A stretch of 64,000 bases of DNA. It comes from the human T2T-CHM13v2.0 reference genome, Homo sapiens. Position 1 is the stretch's first letter. Every line of letters starts with the position of its first letter. The stretch spans positions 21,344,001 to 21,408,000 of the forward strand of contig CP068257.2 of assembly GCA_009914755.4 (NCBI GenBank), read 5' to 3'. A program made the position numbers and the translations under genes. A model generated the notes under the pieces. It was given only the letters and a program-made list of their open reading frames with translations, ran no database searches and was not told where the DNA came from. This document shows positions 25,350 through 35,390 of this stretch, piece after piece.

Positions 25350-27450
25350 TACAGGCGCCAGATTATCAGAGTAACATTTTACCATTGAGTAGTAAGTCAT
25401 ATAACAGATACAGTGCATAAAGATAAAACATTTATAATCATAAATCCCACCGATTTTCCTAATTAATAATCCATCATCACTGGCTTCATTATAATGTATA
25501 ATATGGATGAAACCAAAAAGATATGGCTTAATTCCAGCTTTAAACTGAAAACAATCTTCTATTGCTTTGAATTTTCACAACCCTGGAGCTAATGAGGTGT
25601 TACAGAGCAGTAGCCTTCAATGGCAGAAGAAGAACGAACAAGTGTTTCACTGTTTTTACAGTCCCTGTAAAAGATATAGATATGTTGAGCCATTGTTTAG
25701 GTTAATCCATCCTGTCTTTGTTGTCTGAGGAGACTGCCCATTGACTTATTAAAACTACAGCAGTTCTCTTGCTTCAGTCCTTTTCAAGAATTGTTTTCTG
25801 TAGCCTTTGCTTTGATTCTGTGGGTTGTCCCATTATCTTTCCAATAAATTACCTTATTTTGCTAAAGGTAGCCTATTTCTCTAGCTTGCAAACAAATAAT
25901 TCAAAAAAGACATAGATACTGTTTATTTGTTATCATTGATCTAAGGACTGCCAGAAGAGTTGCTACCAGAGTTTTGTATAAGCAATTTGCTTGGGAAAAT
26001 CAATGCAATGCTTTGCCTCCAGCATAACATCAGATTAAAAAGAAAGCTGCTGAGAAAGTAAAAGATCTTTTTATTGCCTCTAACACTGTGATGATAAACA
26101 ATCAATTTTCTTATCAAATGATTATATAGGACAGTATATATAAATCTATTATTTTGATATGAATTAATTTGTAGAATACATTAAGCCACAACTACAAATA
26201 CAATTTAAGAGCTCTTAGAATATAAAAATGAATATTTCACAATTGTACTTAAGACCTTCTGCTCTCTTTTTAAACCTCCAACATCTCCTTGTCTGTCTTC
26301 ATTCCTGCCAAACAACTTTGTTTCTTATCTGATAATGAAAATAGATTTGATAAGAAGGAAATTCTTATCAGCTCACATTAGCACTTTTACCCTTCTACCC
26401 ACGGTTGTCCTCATGTTCTATACTTTCTTTTCTGCTGCTTTGGCTTGGCAGTCCATATGCCTCTTCTCAGAGGTTAGATCACAGACACTCTCATTTCCTG
26501 AAGGTCACTGATCCGGATTCATTTATTTATGGCGACAGCTTCAACCTCCCTCTCTCTACTGCTGTTTCTCAGCAGTAGGCAAAAATGTCGTTATTTCAGC
26601 CATCTTAAAATCACTTTCACTGGACTTAATTTTCCTACTAATCACTAACCCATTTATTCACATCCCTTACAGAAAGCTCTTCCAAAGGAGTTTCCTTTAC
26701 TTGCTGTTCACAATAGCTTTTCTTCAGTTCTCATCAGAACCAACTGTGTTTAGGCTTTTGACCAATGCATCACTTCACTAACGCCGTTCTTGTCAATATC
26801 ACCAAGGATCCTTGCTTTTTAATATGTAATGGTAAAGTCTTAGTCCTCTTCATCTCATCACAGAATTTAACACACATTATTAGTCTCTCCTCATTTGTAT
26901 ATTTGCTTCACTTGCCTCATAAATACCACTGTCCTCCTTCACCAGAAACCCATTTTCAGTGACTCTTTCTTAGTTTCATCTCAATTCTTTCACCTCTTTA
27001 CACTGAAGGGTTCCAGGCCTGAGTCCTTGAATCCTTTATCTTTCCACATACACTCTTTTGTGTTCCCAACCCGCTTCATTGTTTTTAAATATAATCTAAA
27101 CCTGTATGATTTCTAAACGTATACTTCTTGCCTGTGGCTATATTCACATTGACTACAGAAAATAAATCAAGTTACAGAATTAAGGTGAATTTTATTCATT
27201 AATCTTACTGGGGAGAAGAGACTGAAGCCTGAGTCTCAGGAGCAGCCCTTTAGACAGATTCAATCAGTATTTCAGCCCACTTCTTATATACCCATGGTGG
27301 AGGTTCAGTACTTGCAAAATCACATCGCACCTGCTTACAAGTTACATTAAAGTAGAATCACATTGTGGTTTGGGTGTAAGAGTACATTTAGTTCTAGATT
27401 ACAGAAGCATAATAACTAACCCTGTCAGACATTATTAATCTTATGTGTAA

Positions 27451-27789
<339 letters not shown>

Positions 27790-29371
27790 TAGGTCATTTA
27801 TCTTTTGAAGAATGTAGTGGCTCAGGCAAGAGACGTAGGGGACCATGTTCTGTATTCTATTTTGTCTTCAAAGCATCTTTCTGGAGACCTATATGTCATC
27901 ATAGAGCCAGAGGCATTGTGAAATTATGCTGGCAAGCAGAAATGAGTAAACACGGCTTTTTATGTTTGCTGCTTTGTTTTACACTTTACTCCAGATTGGC
28001 ATTTCCAAGCTTCTTGTGCGTTTGCACTCTGCAGTATAAAAGACATCTTAACCTAAAATGACAAAACTGTACTTAGGAACTTTTCCCAAAATCTGCTTGC
28101 TTCTAATGCAGCCTTTTGTATCTCATTTAATAGCAACTTTTTTTCTTAGTCTTCAAAATTTGGGAGTCACAATTGACTGTTATCTCCTCTCACACCCCAT
28201 ATTTGATATTAAATTGATAATACATTTGGAAGTTGTCTGCGTATTTTTTTTTTTTTACCTCATCTACTGTAAACTAGGTCCAGGACACCTAAACCACTGC
28301 ATGATTTCAGTAGTCTCCTAAGTACTCTCTCTACTTCTAGCTATTCCTCTTTTTTTTTTCTCAACACAACCACCATAGTTAGCCTGTTAAGACCTGTGTC
28401 ACATACACAGAAGTTGGTCTCCTCAATAAGCAGATTCTCAGATGGGGTTTAATCCACAGTAGGTTTATCAAGGTGTTTCTTTTCCTTTAGCAGCTATGGA
28501 TGGAAGAAGAAAGAAGCAACATAGGCAGAAGGAGAAGTTAAAGTTGAAAGAAGACCCAACTGCAGACACAGCCAATCTCACTGGGTGCTCTGGAGCTGTA
28601 AAAACCTTTTAGGGCTATCTCAAAGTTTTCCAAGATGAGCTTAGAGGCCCATTCTTGTGGGATGCACCCTGAAAAGGGCACGATATTGGGCAAGCTCTCT
28701 GCAGCTGTGGCAAACTCTGAATTACCTGGAAGGTAAAGGCTGGCTGCCTGCCATCACTATCCTGGTAGCTGAGGCAACAAGATTCTCATCAAAGTGTGAG
28801 ATGACCTGTATGTCACAATGTCTACACCATCTCATCATGTCCCTTCTCAGCTTCAAACTAAGGACTTTTCATTGCTTTCAAAATTGGAGCCATAAAGTTC
28901 ACAATGACTTTCAATGCCCTACAACATCTAGACCTTCATTTAACCTCTTAAAATTCCCCATTTCACTCAACACTACTCCAGCATTTGTTGTCCTGTGTGT
29001 TCTTGGTCAAATATGTGAAACACACTGCCACCTTCTGGGCTATGGGCTTCCTCTGCCCTCGGCCTACTTGACGTGAACTTTCCCTAACAACTCACTGTCC
29101 ACTTTCTCGTCATTTTTAATGATTTTTTCAAATATCATGCTGATCATATGAAATATTAAGAGCACCCAGCTTTACTTTCTATTTCTCTTTTTATCATTTA
29201 TCTATCTATCCGTGTATCTATCATCACCTATTTATCTTCCCTCCAAGTTTTCAACATGAAGTACATTATTAAATTTTTATGTTCCTCAAAAGGGAAAAAT
29301 AATTTATTCGTAGAAAATAAATGAAAAATGATTGAATAATGAAGACAAATGATAATGAGCTCTATAAAAAG

Positions 29372-29592
29372 CAAATATAATTTCGTAGCACAACAGGGTG
29401 ATTATAGTCAACAATATTATACATTTTAAAATAACTAAAAGAGTATAGTTGAATGTCGTAACAAAAATAAATGTTTGGGTTGAAAGATCTCCATTTAAAT
29501 ATGCCATATGCCTGGATAAAAATATATCATGTACCCCATACATATGTACACCAACTATGTACTCACAAAACTTAATTTTAAAAAAAGAATGT
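29372..29592 (+). mobile_element. Short LINE-1 3' UTR terminal fragment (old L1M/L1PB-type)
   Basis: 'agcacaacagggtgattatagtcaacaatattatacattttaaaataactaaaagagtatag...tatatcatgtaccccatacatatgtacaccaactatgtactcacaaaacttaattttaaaaaaag' is the same terminal motif as the L1 3' end at 2490-2720. The annotated minus-strand ORF at 29304-29645 lies inside it and is not a gene. Confidence 0.6.
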
Positions 29593-29925
29593 AAAACATA
29601 AAATAAACGGTAGATATTAGAAGCAATAAAAATATATGTTTTCATATTTAAACAGTGAACAAATTTATGCTTAGATTATATAACCTGTATTACTGGTTAT
29701 AAATAGCAATCACTATAAGCTTCCAGGAAAGATTATCCCAATAACTACTAAGATGTCTATGAATACATGAAATAAATGGAAAACTCACAACCCTTCCACA
29801 ATACACATGCAAACTAAAGTTTGCATTTGATGTGTACTTAAGAGTCTATGACTTATTTTAACTAACTATAATATCAACAGAACCTTAAAAAGCATTTTAA
29901 ACTCACCATGACTGAGGTTTTTCCT

Positions 29926-30229
29926 TTCTTTTTTTTTTTGTTTTTTTTTGAGACAGGATCTCACTCTGTCATCCAGGCTAGAGTACAGTGGTGCAATCTC
30001 AGCTCACTTCAACCTTTACCTCCCAGACTCAAGCAATCCTCCTTTGATCAGCCTCCTGAGTAGCTGGGACTACAGTCACACCACCACACCTGGCTAATAT
30101 TTGCATTTTTTGTAGAGATGGGGTTTTGCCATGTTGCCTACGCTGATCTCGAACCCCTGGGCTCAAGGGAGGCACCCGCCTCAGCTTCCCAAAGTGCTGG
30201 GATTATAGGCATGAGCCAATGTCCTGGCC
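29926..30229 (-). mobile_element. Alu SINE in minus orientation (older AluS/J-like)
   Basis: A T-rich tail complement, then 'gagacaggatctcactctgtcatccaggctagagtacagtggtgcaatctcagctcacttcaacc...cccaaagtgctgggattataggcatgagccaatgtcctggcc'. Confidence 0.85.
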
Positions 30230-30839
30230 TTTAGATTTTTTAAAATAGAGCAAATTAACACACTTGCAGGGTATAGAAAACCTCATAGTTTCTCTCCCCA
30301 ATTCAGCATCTATGAATTAGAAACTCTGAGGCTGTATCTCAGGAAAAAAAATTATATAGCTATTACTCAGATATGTGGGAACTTCCTTAATGTAGTTATA
30401 ATATGTTGAGCTCACTTCCTATGAATAATTGCTGTGTAATGGTTCTCATGTCACTGGTATTGGTAAAGAAAATTATGTGGTTCTGTGTTTAATGGATAAA
30501 TATTGCATATAATAAGAATAGCTTTGCTGGTGAGCAAGTGAAGTGGATAATCATGCTAAAGGACAAATAGTCACTATAACCCCAGATATTGTATGTGTCA
30601 CATACTAAATTATGAATTATTTGCATTTAATTGACCTCATTCATTAGACATGAATGGGTTTTCTGTTTTTTCTCCATTTTTACCTTTGTTTTATGGCTGA
30701 AAGTTGCTTGGGAATAAGATGAAAACATACAGCGATTCCTACAAATGGAGGTATGTTGTACTGATTAAAACATGGGCCCTGAAGTAAGCCCATTTTGTTC
30801 TAAATCTCAGCTATATCCCTTCTTTGTTGTGAGAACTTG

Positions 30840-30930
30840 AGGAAATAAGTAAGCATCTTTGCACTTCAGATTCCTCATCTGTAATATAACTACCTCTAAT
30901 ACGTTGGGATGTCAAGAAGATAAAGGATAT
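30840..30930 (+). mobile_element. Possible MIR (mammalian-wide interspersed repeat) core fragment
   Basis: 'cacttcagattcctcatctgtaatataactacctctaatacgttgggatgtcaagaagataaaggatattac' resembles the MIR core '..cctcagtttcctcatctgtaaaatgggg.taataatagtacctacctcatagggttgttgtgaggattaaatgag..'. Confidence 0.4.
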
Positions 30931-32467
30931 TACTAGAGGCTGAGGAACTTTGAACATTTTCTAGTAGTACATAAGCTTTCAACATAGGTTAATTTTCCAC
31001 CTGTAAATTATCTTAAGGATGAAGAAGATTCCTCCTCCATTAAGTAGGACTTCATGAGGAAGTTGTATGGATCCCATAGACAACAACCATATTCTATCTC
31101 TAGATCCACTATGGCATTGAAGAATCATTCATATGAATGTGAGTAGGAGGACACCATTGAAAAAATGACTCACTACTTAGTAGAATTGGGAAAGGAGGGT
31201 GATAACACGAGAATTTCAAGACGCCTCATACCATTTTTGCTTGAATACTAAGAAGTAATGATGTGCAATGAGCAGGGAAAACAGAGGTAGGATATAAAGT
31301 TGGGTAAGTAAAAGCTACTTAGATCAGAGCATAGTAATGAGGATCTTGAATTCACTCTTTTTCCCTCCAACAACAACTAATTCATCTCATCCCAGTCCAG
31401 CCACACTAGTTTCCTTCAATTTGTCAGTTTGAACTTTCTATGCTTATTTTTGCTCCAAGACACTAGGATTTTCTGTTGCTACTCCCTGGTAGCCCTTTCT
31501 TTTAGTTCTTAAATAACTACTTCGTTAGCTGAGACTCATCTCAAACTCTCCCCCTATCTATGGCTGTGCTTCACCTTACTACCCAGTGATGCCTGTATTT
31601 ACTACCGTCATCTCAACTGGCAGATTTTCTTCTTTTTATTTATCACTATTTGAGGTTTTATTATAATAACTGGGGAAAAACAGCCACAGTAAATTATTGG
31701 TTTGTGAGTAAAGGTTTTGTTCTTCTGTTGCTGTATGATGTCACATTCTATTGCAAATTTATTGCAAGTTCTGGACTAAACTGAGAAAATACTTTTTTTT
31801 TGGACAAATATTGACTTTTACCATGTGTAATTAGAATGTAACAGAATTTCTGAATGTGTCACATGGTTTGAAGACACAGTGAATCACCTTTTTATTATAT
31901 AGATACCTTGTTTTCTCTCTGTCCTTCAAAATAATCTGACTATAAATGAACTTTAATAAACACATTTTTGCAAAGAAGAAAGAATGATTGTATGCTTACT
32001 ATTCTTATTTTGAAGAAAAACTTTAAAGAGCACAATATGCTGGTCTTCAGTGACCTTGCACAGGTTTTAAATGTAAAAAAAAAAAAGATTATAAAATTTA
32101 AAATTTGATTATCTGATGTCTGCAAAAATAGTCTTCAATTAACCTTCCAGTTTTAACAGATAAGTATTTAACCATCTTACTTAACATTACTTCCAATAAA
32201 ATAGACAATCTCACATATATTTTTGAATAAATAAATGAATAATTATATAGGCCAAAAGGCACAACCACTATACTTAAAATGAGAATGACAAGCCAGATAA
32301 AGAGAAAATAAGATATAAGGCAAACTGGATTATTTTTAAAAGTAGGATGAGAAATGATGGCAAGAAAAATGCAATTTGTGTTAGATTTTAAATCATATTC
32401 AAGACTTCTCCTTCCAAGCACAATGGAATAACTTATGGCAGAATAACACTCTCATTAAAAATAATCA

Positions 32468-32792
<325 letters not shown>

Positions 32793-33114
32793 TCAAAAAA
32801 ATGGTATTTACAAAAAGGCAACAAAAAGCTATTAAAGAAGACTCTATGGGGACTAAACTTCCAGATAGTTAACAGTCTTGGAGAAGTGAGTTCAGGATCT
32901 GCAGCTGCGTTTTTACTGAACTTTGTTACAAATCTAATCCTTTCTACACTGGTTTTTCTCTTCTACTCTCAGTTAATTGTCCCGTTACTTTTTCTCCGAA
33001 GCATGTTTGTTAGCCAGTGGAGGCTGGTGAAAATCTGTCCTAATTAGGACTTGGTTTTAGGCATTGTGCTTATCTCTGGATCTTGAGAGTTTCAATCTGG
33101 GAGTTTGGTCTTCT

Positions 33115-33296
33115 TGGTTTCCTTATCCTTTGATGACTCTAGTTGTGGGTTCAATAACAGATTAAGGGCACATAAAGGGGAACACAAGGGCACATAGAGG
33201 GGAACATCACACAATGAAGACTATCAGAGGGTGGATGTTGAGAGGAGGGAGAAGATCGGGAAAAACAACTAATGAGTACTAGGTTTAATACCTGGT
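33115..33296 (+). mobile_element. LINE-1 3' UTR fragment (L1PB-type) ending at '...ctaggtttaatacctgg'
   Basis: '..ggaacatcacacaatgaagactatcagagggtggatgttgagaggagggagaagatcgggaaaaacaactaatgagtactaggtttaatacctgg' matches the older-L1 3' UTR block '..gggagggagaggatcagaaaaaataactaatgggtactaggcttaatacctgggtgatgaaataatc..'. Confidence 0.6.
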
Positions 33297-33311
33297 ATTA
33301 AGGTATTAATG
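33261..33311. repeat. Left arm of a ~50-60 bp inverted repeat flanking the LTR12 (partner at 34101-34160)
   Basis: The reverse complement of 33261-33311 is 'cattaataccttaataccaggtattaaacctagtactcattagttgttttt'. The right arm is 'cattaataccttaaggtattaataccaggtattaagcctagtacccgttagttgtttcat'. The two are identical apart from an 8-bp indel ('aaggtatt') and about 4 substitutions. Confidence 0.75.
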
Positions 33312-34102
33312 TGTCCGGAATTGGTGGGTTCTTGGTCTCGCTGACTTCAAGAATGAAGGCCGCAGGCCCTCGAGGTGAGTGCTACAGTTCACAAAGGCGG
33401 CGTGGACCAAAAGAGTGAGCAGCAGCAAGATTTATTGCGGGCAAAAGAACAAACGCCCCAAGCCTGAAAGGCGACCCAAGCAAGTTGCAGCTGCTGCCTC
33501 AGGCAGCCTGCTTTTATTCCCTTATCTGACCACCACCCCCCCCCCCCACATCCTGCTGATTGGTCCATTTTACAGAGAGCTGATTGGTCTGTTTTGACAG
33601 GGTGCTGACTGGTGCATTTACAAACCTTTAGCTAGACACAGAGTACTGATTGGTGCGTTTACAATCCTTTAGCTAGACACAAAAGTTCTCGAAGTCCCCA
33701 CCCATCCTAGAAGCCCAGCCGGCTTCACCTCTCACCGTCCCTCGTCGCCAGACTCTGCAGCACCCAGCCCGGGCACTCTGGCAGCCCAGAGGGAGCTCAT
33801 CCCCCGATCAAGCCCGGCAGGCGCTGGTCGGCTGCGCCCAGTGCGGGGCCCGCCAAGCCCCCGCTCACCCGGAACCGCGCCGGCCGGCAAGCGCAGCGCG
33901 CGGACCCGGCCTCCGCTGGCACCTTTTTCTCCACACCTCCCTGCTAGCAGAGGGAGCGGGCTCCGGCCTCAGCCAGTCCCAGAAAGGTGCCTCCACAGCG
34001 CAGCGGCGGGCTGAAGGGCTCCTCAAGCGCGGCCAGAGCGGACGCCTAGGCCAAGGAGGCGCCGAGAGGGAGCAAGGGCTGCTGGCACGTTGTCACCTCT
34101 CA
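33312..34102 (+). mobile_element. Solo LTR12-family LTR (HERV9, ERV1 class), about 790 bp
   Basis: Begins 'tgtccggaattggtgggttcttggtctcgctgacttcaagaatgaagccgc.g.ccctcg.ggtgagtg.tacag.tc..aa.g..g.gtggacc.aaagagtgagcag.agcaagatttattgc'. It then carries '..cagcctgcttttattc.cttatctg.cc', a tandem array of 'ctgattggt..tttacaa.cctttagctagacaca.ag' units (CCAAT-box repeats) at 33553-33690, and a CpG-dense region at 33700-34080. It ends '..gggctgctggcacgttgtcacctctca', which is TG...CA-terminated like a retroviral LTR. Confidence 0.8.
33553..33690 (+). promoter_or_regulatory. LTR12 U3 tandem repeat array containing three 'ctgattggt' (inverted CCAAT / NF-Y-type) boxes
   Basis: 'gctgattggtctgttttgacagggtgctgactggtgcatttacaaacctttagctagacacagagtactgattggtgcgtttacaatcctttagctagacacaaaag'. 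Tandem 37-41-bp CCAAT-box units of this kind are the established hallmark of LTR12 U3 regions. Confidence 0.55.
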
Positions 34103-34160
34103 TTAATACCTTAAGGTATTAATACCAGGTATTAAGCCTAGTACCCGTTAGTTGTTTCAT
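34101..34160. repeat. Right arm of the inverted repeat flanking the LTR12. It includes an inverted L1 3'-UTR fragment '..aataccaggtattaagcctagtacccgttagttgtttc' in minus orientation
   Basis: See the left arm at 33261-33311. The reverse complement of this arm reads 'gaaacaactaacgggtactaggcttaatacctgg...', the same L1 3'-UTR segment at which the plus-strand copy ends at 33296. Confidence 0.75.
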
Positions 34161-34206
34161 TCCGCCACCCCCCAGTGCTGTCCTCCTACAGCTGCAATCC
34201 ACTTTC

Positions 34207-34738
34207 ACTTACGTGTTTTTGATGGTTAATACTGTCAGATTGATTAGATTTAAGGATGCAAAGTATTGTTCCTGGGTGTGTCTGTGAGGGTGTTGCCAAA
34301 GGAGATTAACATCTGAGTCAGTGGACTGGGAGAGGAAGACCCACCCTAATGTGGGTGGGGACTATCTAATCAATTGCCAGCTCCAGTAGAATAAAGCTGA
34401 CTTGCTGAGTCTTCCAATCATCATCTTTCTTCAGTGCTGGATGCTTCCTCCCCTGAACATCAGACTGCAAGTTCTTCAGCTTTTGGACTCTTGGACTTAA
34501 CACCAGTGATTTGCCAGCAGCTCTTGGGCCTTTGACCACACACCGAAGACTACATTGTTGGCTTCCCTACTTTTGAGGTTTTGGGACTCCGACTGGTTTC
34601 CTTGCTCCTCAGCTTTCAGACGGCCTATTGTGGGACTTCACCTTGTGATCATGTGAGTCAATACTCCTTAATAAACTTCCCTTCATGTATACATCTGTCC
34701 TATTAGTTCTGTCCCTCTAGAGAACCCTGACTAATACA
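34207..34738 (+). mobile_element. MLT2-like ERVL solo LTR
   Basis: '..gatggttaatactgtcagattgattag.tttaaggatgcaaagtattgttcctgggtgtgtctgtgagggtgttgccaaaggagattaacatctgagtcagtggactgg...cccaccctaatgtgggtgggga.tatctaatcaattg...agctgacttgctgagtcttcc...cttcagcttttggactcttggacttaacaccagtgatttgccag...tgtgggacttcaccttgtgatcatgtgagtcaatactccttaataaac..tgtcctattagttctgtccctctagagaaccctgactaataca'. Confidence 0.6.
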
Positions 34739-34994
34739 GGTAGGGTTAAGGATAGTAATGCTGCTACTTTGTAGGAGAGATGGGGAAAAAGGATCTAAGC
34801 CTAGTTTTTACCTCTCCTGACTGCTACTGTTTCCTTTCCTGACCCATTTTTTTTTTATTTCCATAAGGAATACTCTGGGCCTCTTTCTTATGACTGTTTT
34901 ATGGGTTTCATAAGTAAGATGTTAACTCTTAAGTTTCTGCAGCCTCCAGGCATTTCACATTGTCTGATCTGTCTGCAATGAACCTCACCAAATT

Positions 34995-35170
34995 GTCAGA
35001 TTTTTTATTTTTTAACTTTTATTTTAAGCTCAGGGGTACAAGTGCAGGTTTGTTACATAGGTAAACTTGTGTCATGGGGGTTTGTCTTGTAGATTATTTC
35101 ATCACCCAGGTATTAAGCCTAGGACCCATTAGTTGTTTTTCCTGATCTTCTCCCTCCTCTCACCATTAAA
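34995..35170 (-). mobile_element. LINE-1 3' terminal fragment (L1PB-type), minus orientation
   Basis: The reverse complement reads '..ggagggagaagatcaggaaaaacaactaatgggtcctaggcttaatacctgggtgatgaaataatctacaagacaaacccccatgacacaagtttacctatgtaacaaacctgcacttgtacccctgagcttaaaataaaagtt'. Confidence 0.65.
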
Positions 35171-35321
35171 AGATTGATTAAAAGAATCACCCTTGTACAC
35201 AAATGGCCATGACGTGAAGCATTTTCTCCTTGAATAAATAATTCCATTAGTAAATCCTTGCTCTGTTTCTGATATTAGTCTACCCATAGAGCTGTGATTT
35301 TGCCAGGATTCTCTTTGAAAT

Positions 35322-35390
35322 ATCATCATCATTATCATCATCACCCACCATTAACACCATCATCATCATTATCATTTCTGTAGCAACTCC
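35322..35390. repeat. ATC/ATG-rich trinucleotide-based simple repeat
   Basis: 'atcatcatcattatcatcatcacccaccattaacaccatcatcatcattatcatt'. Confidence 0.6.

Noticed and set aside
26400-27110. Roughly 700-bp stretch with the moderate complexity and style of an ancient interspersed repeat. I considered an MLT/MER-type LTR or a DNA transposon
   Set aside because: I could not match it to a specific family from memory, and it has no terminal repeats, TSDs or ORFs. It is left unannotated rather than guessed.
28657-29076. 139-aa plus-strand ORF (MGCTLKRARYW...)
   Set aside because: No homology I can recognise and no exon-like boundaries. The surrounding sequence reads like an old degraded repeat. Chance ORFs of this length are expected in 64 kb of AT-rich mammalian DNA.
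33533-33548. C11 homopolymer inside the LTR12
   Set aside because: It is part of the LTR sequence ('ccaccaccccccccccc'). The homopolymer length may be unreliable in sequencing, and it is not a feature in itself.
33553-33690. Tandem direct repeats of about 37-41 bp with conserved cores and variable spacing. At a glance they look superficially CRISPR-like
   Set aside because: They lie inside an LTR12 retroviral LTR in primate DNA and are the well-known U3 CCAAT-box repeat units. Only about 3 units are present and there are no unique spacers.
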